From: a virus
Length of the DNA: 64,000 bases
Virus record (IMG/VR): IMGVR_UViG_3300036832_001373
Span: 64,001 to 128,000 of that record
Strand: one strand, 5' to 3'
Every line of letters begins with the position of its first letter. Within the stretch, counting starts at the first letter, position 1. Of this stretch, positions 1-9,735 are shown piece after piece. The notes beneath the pieces are model-generated. The model was not told the origin of the DNA. It saw only the letters and a program-made list of their open reading frames with translations, and made no database searches. The position numbers and the translations under genes were made by a program.

Positions 1-486
1 GAATTTAGTGTCTTTGTCATAGACTATGATTCAAACGTTAGGCCACCAGACGACTCTGGAATGTATGAGACGGGTGGAATAATGTACTCAACGTTTAAAG
101 GTTTCGCACAATCTGATGAATGTGTTGTAATAGTTGGATGTCAACCAAAAATTCAGTTTTGGACTGACGAACTACTAGGATTTAGTTCTGCTGCAGAATC
201 TAGTCGGAAACAACATGCAGTAGATTATATGATTACAGGTGGTCGTAATACAGACTATTCTCAGGTAGGTACGTTCCATCTACCTTTGGTTAGAAGAGGA
301 GAAAGTTCTGGAATAACTAGAGTAAAGTATGATGATCTTCATAGTAGAATTATAGAAATTTCTCCTAGAGAGTATGAAACATTGATACGAGATCACAAGG
401 GCAGTCATGTCCAGGTTAGGGATCTTAGTCTGGACGGAGTTAGGTTTGAAGATAAAAGTAAGAAAGAAGATAAGGATAAGAAATGA
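1..486 (+). CDS. DnaB/T4 gp41-like replicative helicase, C-terminal part (5' truncated by the window)
   Basis: Frame is open from base 1 (EFSVFVIDYD...). FVIDY resembles a Walker B, followed by IVGCQ and AAESSRKQHAVDY, similar to SF4 helicase motifs H3/H4. Confidence 0.6.
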   Translation, partial: EFSVFVIDYDSNVRPPDDSGMYETGGIMYSTFKGFAQSDECVVIVGCQPKIQFWTDELLGFSSAAESSRKQHAVDYMITGGRNTDYSQVGTFHLPLVRRGESSGITRVKYDDLHSRIIEISPREYETLIRDHKGSHVQVRDLSLDGVRFEDKSKKEDKDKK

Positions 487-752
487 CTCCAGAAGAGATA
501 GACAATCGATATATAGCAGAGCTAGCACGTGTTACTGGAACTTCCGTACCGCTAGTTAACAAGATAGTAGAGGTGCAGCTAGCAATGGTTATGAGAGATC
601 TAGGACTTAGTGGAGAAGCACAGACTTTAATTGGTAAAGTAAAACTTATTAAAGGAACTTTGATTCTAGTTGATCCTAGTTCTCATCTACAAAGAATGCT
701 GGATAAAAGCCGACTAGTTGATCGGTTGATGAAGGAGTTGGGAGAAGAGTAG
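483..752 (+). CDS. Small HU/IHF-like DNA-binding protein (putative)
   Basis: 89 aa; IAELARVTGTS...L..SGEAQTLIGKV resembles the HU helix-plus-beta-arm layout; ATGA overlap with the upstream gene. Confidence 0.35.
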   Translation: MTPEEIDNRYIAELARVTGTSVPLVNKIVEVQLAMVMRDLGLSGEAQTLIGKVKLIKGTLILVDPSSHLQRMLDKSRLVDRLMKELGEE

Positions 753-759
753 AGATACC

Positions 760-1404
760 ATGCTAGAGAAATTTATAAATAAAAGGTTACACGATCTTGG
801 AAAAGAGGCTATAGCACATATTGTTAACTATGATGAGACTAGAGAAGACAAGGAGTTAACTAATATTTACTATTGCCTAGCCGCTATAGGACTAAAAGTT
901 CTTAGTGCTGATTCTAGGGGAATGGATTATGCAATGATTAGGGATTGGGCTTTTCAACTAGCTGGAGATACGATTCTAGTAATCTATAGAAATCCTAAGA
1001 CATTTATACATCACGATAATTTCTTCTTTTATTACAGATCAGCACTCAAGAATACGTCATATAAAATGTTCGCCTATAAGTACGCTCTTCTTGAGAATTT
1101 CATCCCTCTAGATGATTATATGAATGACTACCCTATGTTTGCTGACGTAAATAGAGCAGATACTTCTATCATTAGAAGAGACGACTGTAGATACCTAGTC
1201 GATCAGACATTGAACATAATAAGTAAGTTTCCTAGATTTGGGAGTCGTGCTAAGTATCTAGTATGGCCAATTATATTCTCTCTTGTTGATAGATCAGACT
1301 TACTTTTGGACGTTCCAAACTTCAGAGATAGAATAGCTCTAAGACTACTTCTTAGACTTGTAGAACAACAACTACCTGGAAGGCTCCATGTCCTTGAAGA
1401 GTAG
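760..1404 (+). CDS. Hypothetical protein
   Basis: 214 aa ORF tightly packed in the + strand operon. Confidence 0.6.
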   Translation: MLEKFINKRLHDLGKEAIAHIVNYDETREDKELTNIYYCLAAIGLKVLSADSRGMDYAMIRDWAFQLAGDTILVIYRNPKTFIHHDNFFFYYRSALKNTSYKMFAYKYALLENFIPLDDYMNDYPMFADVNRADTSIIRRDDCRYLVDQTLNIISKFPRFGSRAKYLVWPIIFSLVDRSDLLLDVPNFRDRIALRLLLRLVEQQLPGRLHVLEE

Positions 1405-1807
1405 CATAGATCCTAATTCCTCAGTAGTATACTTAGCGTTAAGTATACTCTGTTCTTCCCAGAATTCTCTGGTACCAGAGATACTTTATCTGATGTCACC
1501 AGAAAAGATAATAAATTTTATTAAGGTATTCGGTGGAGAGACTATCAAGGTACCTACCCCTAGAGAGTTTAGCAGTGACTTATTTGCTGGATTAGCTTGC
1601 TATCACGTTCTTGTAGAAGGTAAGTCATGGGACTGGTTCGAATTAAAGTATGGTCTAAATGGTAATACTATTAGAGCTATACAAAACAAGTTAGATTACT
1701 GGATCAAAAGACTAAGTTCAGAAGAGCTGGACTTTATAAAGTCTCTTAAGACTCATGATAAAGCCCAGAAATCTCATGAGAAAATGAAGGCTAAGAACTA
1801 TGAGTGA
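1388..1807 (+). CDS. Mor-like transcription regulator (putative)
   Basis: FIKVFGGETIKVP matches the Mor/C-family FGG...(Y/K)xP motif; an HTH-like segment follows. Confidence 0.45.
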   Translation: MSLKSSIDPNSSVVYLALSILCSSQNSLVPEILYLMSPEKIINFIKVFGGETIKVPTPREFSSDLFAGLACYHVLVEGKSWDWFELKYGLNGNTIRAIQNKLDYWIKRLSSEELDFIKSLKTHDKAQKSHEKMKAKNYE

Positions 1808-2372
1808 CGATGACAAAGAAGATAACGTCTTTAATATGAAGGGCGAGAAAGCTACTAAAGTTGATCCACCTAAGGTTTACCGTAACCCTGTGGAGGTAGC
1901 TTTAGAGCTAAAGAAGGACTTGGACGAGTATGAAGAAACTCAAGATAGAAAACAACTGGTCAATGCCTTGAAGGACCAGTTCTTACTCTCTAGGTATAAT
2001 AATGCAACTCAGTCAGAGAAGAGTCGATATCTTGGACTATCAATTCTATTCGAACGAATGCATAAAATGTCAGACAATATGTTACTAAAAACTATAAGAG
2101 AACTAGCTGAGATGGGTGTGATAGATCTACAATCCATTACAGGACCTATAGGAGGTAAAAGCGGATCTCTGGTAAACATAAACCAAGCTTTTGGACTAGG
2201 TGGAGGTCTCAGAGATCCTCTAAAACTAGGACCATCTAGTAATACTGAAACTAATCCAATCAAGGATACAGGGAATCTACTAGAAGCCTTAGAACATATA
2301 GCGTCTCACTTCAAAGATAGGCCTATGCTAACTATTGAAAATCAATCAGATTCAGATGACAAAAGTGAGTAA
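1800..2372 (+). CDS. Hypothetical protein, candidate terminase small subunit
   Basis: Helical 190 aa protein directly upstream of TerL; the call is positional only. Confidence 0.35.
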   Translation: MSDDDKEDNVFNMKGEKATKVDPPKVYRNPVEVALELKKDLDEYEETQDRKQLVNALKDQFLLSRYNNATQSEKSRYLGLSILFERMHKMSDNMLLKTIRELAEMGVIDLQSITGPIGGKSGSLVNINQAFGLGGGLRDPLKLGPSSNTETNPIKDTGNLLEALEHIASHFKDRPMLTIENQSDSDDKSE

Positions 2373-2377
2373 CTTAG

Positions 2378-4324
2378 ATGAAACAAGATGTTGACTTTAA
2401 TAAGATAGACTTTGATAGGATAAAACCTTTATTGAATTCCAAAGAACTTCATCAATATGATGAAGAAGTTAGACTAACTAATCCTAGATATAGAGAGATT
2501 CCTGTTGGTCAAAGAAAAACTGCATTAGCATTGATAATGACTGGACAAATGGATTCTATTCCTACTTTAGAAAGACTTTACTTAAAACGTAGGATTCCTC
2601 CAATAGAAGAATTTTTAACTTCTGAGTTCATAGGAGAAGATGCTATTACTTTATTTCCTCAGTGGAGAAGAGACCTATGCGAGGTTTTTGCTAAAGATTC
2701 GACAGTTAGAAAGTGGTTATGCACTGGAGCAATTGGAACTGGAAAGTCGTCCGCTGGAATCATAGCTCATCTATACAATATTTTTAGAATCAATTCTCTT
2801 AGACGTCCACAGTTAAGTCTAGGAGGTGGTTCGTCTAAACCAATGACTTGTCAGTTATTTACTGTAACTGTAGCTAAAGCACATACCACTCTGATGGATC
2901 GTGTAGTTATGCTACTAAGAGGGTGCAAGTATTATGTTGAAGTAAGAAAACTTCCTGACTTTAATCTTTTTCTAGATGAGAAATACGACGAATATACACC
3001 TTGGTGTAGAACTTATGAAGGGATAGAGTTTCCTCATGGAGTTAAGATATTCGTAGGATCTCAAGATAGACATGCCTTGGGTGAGGACGTATTCGGAGGA
3101 TTACTTGACGAGGCTGAGTTTAGAATAGGTGCTCACGGAGAAATCGAGAAGGCTGTAGCATTGTTTGACAATATCTATGAAAGAATTCGTTCCCGATATA
3201 TTGGAGCTAAGTTCACATTGATGACTATTATTTCATCTATACGAAAAGCCAAAGGAGTTATGTCAACTTATATGTCTCAAATGTCAACTGATCCTAGTAG
3301 TAAAATTTCTCAGTACAGCATTTGGGATACTAAATATCCTAGTGCTCTAGTAAATGATGGTCATATTTGGGTGATGAGAGGTACTCAAAGACATCCTTCA
3401 AGGGTCCTGAACGAGGTTGAGGGAGAGAAGGCTGACAAGCAAATATTCGAACTTCCACCTTCGTGTAGTATAATTAAAGTACCTAAACGATATCAGGTAG
3501 ACTTTGAACTAAGAACTGAAGAGTCTTTGATGAACTTGGCTGGTCAAGCGTCAATGGGTCAAGAAATCCCATTTGACGATCTGACCAGAGTTGAGGACAA
3601 TAAACTATGTCCTACATTGTACTTTACTGCTCCACTTGGAACTACCGCTAGACCTATTACTCAGCCTTTGAGAGACCAGCTTCCAAGAGAGATATTTAAG
3701 CAAACTCCAGATGGACCTAGGCTAAGACGTTATCCAATGGCTCCTAGATATGGCCATTGGGACGGCGCAGCTGTTAGCTCCGCCGGTTTAGTAGTTATTC
3801 ATAAAGAGCTGAGTCAGACTGGGAGGGTGATGTATATAACCGATCTAGTTATTAAAATAACTTCTCCTAATAGAATTAACTTAGATTTAGTAAGAGATTT
3901 TATTATAGATCTCAGAGATTTCTTCGGATTATCTTTTCACGCTTTTACTGCTGACCAATATCAGTCAGAACAACTTTTACAAAAGTTAACTTCTATTGAA
4001 TTTGCTGAAGAAATAAGCGTACTCTCAGTAACTAAGACAAGAAATCAGTATGATACACTATCTTCAGTTGTAGCTCAAGATTGTCTGAAGACTGGACAAC
4101 TGCGTGATCTATGGCAAGAGTTGGAAGGAGTTTACTTTGAACACGACAAGCCCTATAAGCAGTATAAAGATGGAGCACACGGTGACATTGCAGACGCACT
4201 TTGCGGTGCAGTATTTAATGCGGTGCAAAACCCATATGATATACCTATCAATCTATATGAATCATTCGGTAGAGTACCAGACGCTCTAAGAACCCTTGAG
4301 GGATCTTATCAAAAGATCGCCTAA
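2378..4324 (+). CDS. terL: Terminase large subunit
   Basis: Walker A GAIGTGKS, Walker B GGLLDEAEF, coupling motif ISS, and RNase H-like nuclease residues (GHWDGA, ADQYQS, HGDIADALCGA). Confidence 0.9.
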   Translation: MKQDVDFNKIDFDRIKPLLNSKELHQYDEEVRLTNPRYREIPVGQRKTALALIMTGQMDSIPTLERLYLKRRIPPIEEFLTSEFIGEDAITLFPQWRRDLCEVFAKDSTVRKWLCTGAIGTGKSSAGIIAHLYNIFRINSLRRPQLSLGGGSSKPMTCQLFTVTVAKAHTTLMDRVVMLLRGCKYYVEVRKLPDFNLFLDEKYDEYTPWCRTYEGIEFPHGVKIFVGSQDRHALGEDVFGGLLDEAEFRIGAHGEIEKAVALFDNIYERIRSRYIGAKFTLMTIISSIRKAKGVMSTYMSQMSTDPSSKISQYSIWDTKYPSALVNDGHIWVMRGTQRHPSRVLNEVEGEKADKQIFELPPSCSIIKVPKRYQVDFELRTEESLMNLAGQASMGQEIPFDDLTRVEDNKLCPTLYFTAPLGTTARPITQPLRDQLPREIFKQTPDGPRLRRYPMAPRYGHWDGAAVSSAGLVVIHKELSQTGRVMYITDLVIKITSPNRINLDLVRDFIIDLRDFFGLSFHAFTADQYQSEQLLQKLTSIEFAEEISVLSVTKTRNQYDTLSSVVAQDCLKTGQLRDLWQELEGVYFEHDKPYKQYKDGAHGDIADALCGAVFNAVQNPYDIPINLYESFGRVPDALRTLEGSYQKIA

Positions 4325-4342
4325 CAACCAGGAGGTAAGACT

Positions 4343-4585
4343 ATGACAAAGCATATCATGAACATACTTGACCAAACTGGTCACACTTCAATGGAGTGGG
4401 ACGCTGATAATCAGATGGAGATAGAGATTGCAAGAGAAGCTTTTAATAAAGCTAGAGAAAGAGGATATCATGCCTTCAGAGTAACTGAAGGGAACCTCGG
4501 AGAGTCTCGTCGTGGAGAACGTATGACAACTTTCGATCCTAAAGCTGAGAAAATGATTCTTATGCCTCAGCTTCAAGGAGGCTAA
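4343..4585 (+). CDS. Small protein ending in QGG
   Basis: 80 aa, strong SD (GGAGGT), C-terminus LMPQLQGG-stop. Confidence 0.7.
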   Translation: MTKHIMNILDQTGHTSMEWDADNQMEIEIAREAFNKARERGYHAFRVTEGNLGESRRGERMTTFDPKAEKMILMPQLQGG

Positions 4586-4589
4586 GATC

Positions 4590-5279
4590 ATGACTACTTA
4601 CTGGGATGACTTATACTCCACTGGGTCAACTCTAGTGAATAGACTCTATTTACCTCACTATCTTAGAGTACCAGGAACTCTCATTACTAATGCTACTAAT
4701 GGTACTTACAACTCGATTTACTTACCTAGCATGTTGTGTAATAGTGCAACATATTCCACAATACCTGAGTACTTTACTAACTCACTAACTACTACTAGCA
4801 CTACCACTAGTAGTGTATACAATAACCCTATAATCATAGGTAATACAGTTATATGGCCTAGTTGGCACGATGAAGTCGTATGTCCAACTCTTATTCAAGA
4901 AAGGATAGAGGCTGAGAACGCTAGACTAGAAGAACTTCGAAGAGTTGAAACTGAACGTTACGAGCAAAGAAAGCTTAGCACAGAGAAAGCCAACCAAATA
5001 CTCCTAGAACATCTCACGCCAGATCAGCGTGAGATGGTTGAGAAGAACGGATGGTTTGTGATTGAGGGAGGGAAGACAGGGAAGATTTATAGAATAGGAT
5101 CTAAATCAATCGCTGGAAATGTTGAGGAACTAGATGAGAAGGGAAAGGTAATAGCTAAATATTGTTGCCATCTACCACATCAGTATCCTCAATCAGATCA
5201 TCTTCTAACTCAGAAATTGATGTTAGAGTGGGACGAAGAAGAGTTTCTGAGAAAAGCTAATAAATCTAACGTAGCCTAG
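4590..5279 (+). CDS. Hypothetical protein, partner of the QGG protein
   Basis: Thr-rich N-terminus, coiled coil, and a globular C-terminal domain with YCCHLP...DHLLTQKLMLE. Confidence 0.65.
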   Translation: MTTYWDDLYSTGSTLVNRLYLPHYLRVPGTLITNATNGTYNSIYLPSMLCNSATYSTIPEYFTNSLTTTSTTTSSVYNNPIIIGNTVIWPSWHDEVVCPTLIQERIEAENARLEELRRVETERYEQRKLSTEKANQILLEHLTPDQREMVEKNGWFVIEGGKTGKIYRIGSKSIAGNVEELDEKGKVIAKYCCHLPHQYPQSDHLLTQKLMLEWDEEEFLRKANKSNVA

Positions 5280-5848
5280 TAAGTACCAGATACAGAAGCG
5301 TAAGCAGAATCTATTTGATGATAGGCTGCATTCCAGGCTGTAGACGATCCATCACCTTGATTAATACCTCCTGACTTGATACTTGAGTTTACAGAAGATT
5401 CTGTGTTGAAACAAGCCTGAACATACGTGTTAACACAATCAAATACATGACTGATCTCAGTAGCATTATATGAATGGAAACTTAAGTCTGCTAACTTCCA
5501 TTGGACAATTGTTCCAGTATGAATCTGACAATAAGTGTACACTGCGTGTAGAGCTTGTTGTGATTGTAGATCTGTTTCAATAGGTACTCCAGTAACAGTT
5601 ATACCTTTAATTTCTTTATTATATCTAGCATTCTCCGAATAATCTAAAAGAAAAGATTTAGCTGGATCGTGTGCATTATATACTGCCGTTACAGCATTTA
5701 TATCTGGATTTTGATGGATACTTTTACCCCAAGTAAAAGTACCGTCAGAAGCCCAAGAAAAATCCCAATTTGGTATAGCTGCTACTGTTAATTCACCAGC
5801 AAATGTAGGGCCTATCTTCTCACCATTAGGTCCTAGTGATACCGACAT
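5276..5848 (-). CDS. Tail fibre assembly/chaperone-like protein (DUF4376-like)
   Basis: Follows the fibre genes; GITVTGVPIETDLQSQ...VQWKLAD...YVQACFNTE is typical of this family. Confidence 0.7.
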   Translation of the reverse strand: MSVSLGPNGEKIGPTFAGELTVAAIPNWDFSWASDGTFTWGKSIHQNPDINAVTAVYNAHDPAKSFLLDYSENARYNKEIKGITVTGVPIETDLQSQQALHAVYTYCQIHTGTIVQWKLADLSFHSYNATEISHVFDCVNTYVQACFNTESSVNSSIKSGGINQGDGSSTAWNAAYHQIDSAYASVSGTY

Positions 5849-5877
5849 GATTCTACTCCTTCATGATTCTTGAATAC

Positions 5878-7779
5878 TCATCCATCCACTGTTATAGTTA
5901 GTGATAACGGGGCTGGAAGTGGATTAGATAGGTTACGAGTATTACTGTAGACATAAGTTGCCCAGTTACACTCACCTCCTAATCCACCAGTCCCTCCTTC
6001 ACTTCCAGATGGAGTGAGTCTTAGACCTACTAAAGTACTGTAGTGGTCTCCCTCTGAGAGACCTAGCTTATCTCCAGAAAGAGCTATTGGAAAATAAAGA
6101 CTAGCTCCACCAGTTCCCTGATTAGCTGCAGTATTCTCTAATTCAGAAGTACCACCATCAAAAGAAATTGAGGTACTAGTTCCACAAGATAGACTTATAG
6201 AACTCCCTCCTGTAGTAAACTTTGCCAACTGACTGCCCCAGATTAAGAAATAATTTCTTAGAGTCTGATTTAGTTCAATATAGTCTCCAGAGGCAGTTGT
6301 TATCTGTCCTCGATTTTGATTAGATGGGAGTATTAACTGACTTCTAGATCGTTTTCGTCTTCTATTAAACCAAGATAGAACATACATCTGACCATCTTTA
6401 TCAGACCAAGCTGGTCCAGCTATTGTTCTTGCTTGTCCTACCAGACTACGAGTCTCATCCTGAGACTTAATTTCCACTCCTGTGATTAAGGATGTTGCAT
6501 GAGGCATAGTAGAAGCTTCTAGTGTCATTCCAGAGTTTGTCATGTAAGCATATATGTAGTAAGTAGTATTTGGTATAAGATTAGTTGTAGCTAGACTAAC
6601 TCCGTTTGCCGGAATGACTTGAACTTGAGCATTGATTATAATACTATTTCCATTGTAAGGATGTAGAACTAAAACATTGTTTATTAATTCAAGGTAACAA
6701 CCAGGACTATTAATTACTCCTAAAGGACCAGTTGGTCCAGCAGCTCCGGTAGCGCCACTGGCACCCGTAGCCGAACCTCCTCCAGTTCCAGATTGATCAG
6801 CAAATAATCCACCAGTAAAGTCAATCCAACATAGCCATCCAGTAGCATTCTGACTGTTGACTGGACCTATAGCATAACCAATGCACCAATCATTAGGTGA
6901 GGCTACAATTCGACCTGCATTAGGTCCAGCTCCAGCGTACAACAATTGTAATGTACTATAGGTATTGACAGGATCAACATACATACCATAGTTAGTAATC
7001 TCTTCAAGACTAGACCGTATACCAACCATAAAGTTAGTAACGTTAGGGTCACCGATAATAAACTGTTGTCCGGTTTGATCTATGCAAACTATAGTACCAA
7101 CAGTAGCACTACTATTAAATAAATTTGCGTTAACAGGAATAACTCCTTCACCCTGACCAGGGATTCTTCTCTCAGAAGCCATTAACCAAGCAGGGACATC
7201 TCTACCTTGATTAAACCCTTGTCTTAATGCTATAGCAGGGATTCTAGCAATAGAATGTCTGTCGATCTGACATGTGTTAAAAGCTACATGTGACGGATCA
7301 GGAAGAAGTGATTCATTAGCTACTTCAGGTACTGACACTAACTTTAGCAACGCTATGGTAAAATTACATATCTGAGGTAGACCTGTCATTGACAGGTATA
7401 TAGAGTAGGTAAGTCGGTTACCAAGAACGTTACCAGAAGTTTTGTATTTGTATTCTGCAGTAGCACTAATAGTAGTAATCGAGAATAATACTCCATCACT
7501 AGTATAGAGTCCTATTCGACCTACTAGAAAAGGACCTACCGACTCATCCAGGGTTAAAACGTATTCGACGGTATTATTATCGGATATAGCATATTGTAAT
7601 TGAGATGAGGTGGCAGTATAAACTACTTCTCCAGCTGGAAAGTCCAGAGTAGGATCGTTTGGAACTGGAGGAGTGGGTTGAGAACTTATCTTAGCGTGTT
7701 CGATATTAATCTTAGGGCCAGCTCCAGTTTTAGCGTTTCTAGCATAAGTTATCCCTGCAGCTGTTATCTGCGTTGCCAT
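5878..7779 (-). CDS. Tail fibre protein 2
   Basis: N-terminal baseplate-binding domain (ITAAG...LDESVGPFLVGRIGLY, P2 gpH/DUF3751-like) and a short GAT repeat; paralog of 7791-9710. Confidence 0.8.
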   Translation of the reverse strand: MATQITAAGITYARNAKTGAGPKINIEHAKISSQPTPPVPNDPTLDFPAGEVVYTATSSQLQYAISDNNTVEYVLTLDESVGPFLVGRIGLYTSDGVLFSITTISATAEYKYKTSGNVLGNRLTYSIYLSMTGLPQICNFTIALLKLVSVPEVANESLLPDPSHVAFNTCQIDRHSIARIPAIALRQGFNQGRDVPAWLMASERRIPGQGEGVIPVNANLFNSSATVGTIVCIDQTGQQFIIGDPNVTNFMVGIRSSLEEITNYGMYVDPVNTYSTLQLLYAGAGPNAGRIVASPNDWCIGYAIGPVNSQNATGWLCWIDFTGGLFADQSGTGGGSATGASGATGAAGPTGPLGVINSPGCYLELINNVLVLHPYNGNSIIINAQVQVIPANGVSLATTNLIPNTTYYIYAYMTNSGMTLEASTMPHATSLITGVEIKSQDETRSLVGQARTIAGPAWSDKDGQMYVLSWFNRRRKRSRSQLILPSNQNRGQITTASGDYIELNQTLRNYFLIWGSQLAKFTTGGSSISLSCGTSTSISFDGGTSELENTAANQGTGGASLYFPIALSGDKLGLSEGDHYSTLVGLRLTPSGSEGGTGGLGGECNWATYVYSNTRNLSNPLPAPLSLTITVDG

Positions 7780-7790
7780 TCAATCTCTCC

Positions 7791-9710
7791 TTAACCTTCA
7801 ACAACCATAGTTATAGTAATAGGAGATGGAAGTGGGTTAGATTGGGTATGAGTATTACTATAGTCATATGGTCTCCATTGAGCTTTTCCTGGACCACCTC
7901 CAGAGAGAAATCCCATTAAAGTACTGTAATGCCATCCTTCTACTAATCCTTTTCTTGTTCCAGCAAGAGCTATTGGCCCTTCCATTGTAGGACCTCTTGT
8001 ACCTTGAGCAGCAGTTGAATTCTCGGACTCTGGGTAGAGACCGTCAATACTTATTGCAGAAGTTACACCGTTTCCACCATTACCCAAGTGACTACCTCCA
8101 GTAGAAAACGTAATTACTTGATTACTCCAGACTAAGAAATAATTTCTTAAAGTTAAACTAACCTCGACATAATCATTAGCAGAATTGGTACACAAACTAG
8201 CCAATTGAGATCTAGATCTCTTTCGTTTACGGTTAAACCAAGACAGTACATACAATTGACCATCAGTATCGATCCAAGCAGCGGGACTAGGTCCCGCTGT
8301 GGTCCTAGCAAAGCCAACTAACGTATAGTTCTGATCAAGATTTTTAATTTCTACTCCTGTAACTTGAGAAGTTATGTGACCAGCAGTAGAGGCTTGAAGT
8401 GCCATCCCAGTTGGAGTCATAAAAGCATAAATATAATAGTTAGTATCGTTTAGAAGTCCAGTAGGAGGTAAGTTAACTCCTGCACTTGGGATAGTTTGGA
8501 TTTGACCAGCTATTATTATACTATTCCCATTATAGGGATGCAGGGTTAGCAATCCACTTATTAATTCTAGATAACATTGTCCTCCAACCTGAAATCCACT
8601 TCCAGGTCCACCTCCACCAGTTCCACCTGGACCTGTAGCGCCTGTCGCTCCAGTAGCACCTGCTCCACTTGATTTCCTAGCGAATAATCCACCAGTAAAA
8701 TCTATCCAACATAGCCAACCTTGAATAGGCTGACTACCAGGAGGTGAGCTATTAACTGGGGCTATGGCATAGCCTATACACCAATTGTTAGCTGCTCCTA
8801 CAATTTGACCAGCATTAACTCCAGTACCAGCATATAATAACTGGAGAGGACTCCAGTTATTAATTGGATCAACGTACATACCATAATTTGTAATTTCTTC
8901 ATTACCTGTTCGTATACCGACCATAAAATTAGTAATTTGTGGGTCGGCAAGAACCATCTGAGGAGGATTTCCACTATAGTTTACAGAAACAATTTTGCCA
9001 ACGGGTGCATTAGAGGAAAATACAGAAGAATCAACTGGGACTACACCTTCACCCTGACCAGGAATCAGTCTCTCAGAAGCCATTAACCAAGCTTGGGACA
9101 TACCTAGAGAAGGCAGACCTCTTAGACCTATAGCTGGAATTCTAGCAAATGAATGTTTATCTACCTGATAAGTATTGAAAGCTACTCCAGTTGGACCAGG
9201 TAAAACTAGTTCTGAAGCTACCTCAGGTATAGTTAACAATTGTAATAATTGTATTGTAAAATTGGCTATAGTAGCTATACTTGAGATTGCTAGGTATATT
9301 GAGTATGTTAATCTATTTCCAACAACAGTTCCAGAAGTTGGAAATTTATTATCAGGGACATAGTTTCCACTTCCATCTTTAGTATCAATCATAGTTATGG
9401 AGAACAATGTACCATCCTCTGTGAAAAGTCCTATTCTACCAATAGTAAAAGGTCCGACAGACTCATCGAGAGTTAGAATATACTCTACAGTATTCTGATC
9501 TACTACTGCGTATTGCAATTGACCTGGACTGGCTGTATATACTGAGTCTATGATATCTATAGCCGGATCATTTGGAATTGGAGGTGATGAAGATCCTGGA
9601 GGAAATTGAGTAGGACCAATTTTAGCATAAGTTATATTAATTTTTGGACCCTGGTTATTTTTAGCATTAACTGCGTAAGTAATCCCAGCTTGTGTAATTT
9701 CAGTGGTCAC
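7791..9710 (-). CDS. Tail fibre protein 1
   Basis: Same architecture as 5878-7779 (ITQAG...LDESVGPFTIGRIGLF); follows the baseplate wedge genes. Confidence 0.8.
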   Translation of the reverse strand: MTTEITQAGITYAVNAKNNQGPKINITYAKIGPTQFPPGSSSPPIPNDPAIDIIDSVYTASPGQLQYAVVDQNTVEYILTLDESVGPFTIGRIGLFTEDGTLFSITMIDTKDGSGNYVPDNKFPTSGTVVGNRLTYSIYLAISSIATIANFTIQLLQLLTIPEVASELVLPGPTGVAFNTYQVDKHSFARIPAIGLRGLPSLGMSQAWLMASERLIPGQGEGVVPVDSSVFSSNAPVGKIVSVNYSGNPPQMVLADPQITNFMVGIRTGNEEITNYGMYVDPINNWSPLQLLYAGTGVNAGQIVGAANNWCIGYAIAPVNSSPPGSQPIQGWLCWIDFTGGLFARKSSGAGATGATGATGPGGTGGGGPGSGFQVGGQCYLELISGLLTLHPYNGNSIIIAGQIQTIPSAGVNLPPTGLLNDTNYYIYAFMTPTGMALQASTAGHITSQVTGVEIKNLDQNYTLVGFARTTAGPSPAAWIDTDGQLYVLSWFNRKRKRSRSQLASLCTNSANDYVEVSLTLRNYFLVWSNQVITFSTGGSHLGNGGNGVTSAISIDGLYPESENSTAAQGTRGPTMEGPIALAGTRKGLVEGWHYSTLMGFLSGGGPGKAQWRPYDYSNTHTQSNPLPSPITITMVVEG

Positions 9711-9735
9711 AGTAGAGTCTCCCTTGAGTAGGTTT

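Noticed and set aside
2378-4324. Intein or intron in the terminase (and likewise the portal)
   Set aside because: No C...HN-(C/S/T) splice motifs, LAGLIDADG motifs or frame breaks are visible, and lengths are ordinary.
5878-9710. Diversity-generating retroelement or invertible fibre switch
   Set aside because: No reverse transcriptase or invertase in the window, the genes are in direct orientation, and differences are not confined to adenines.
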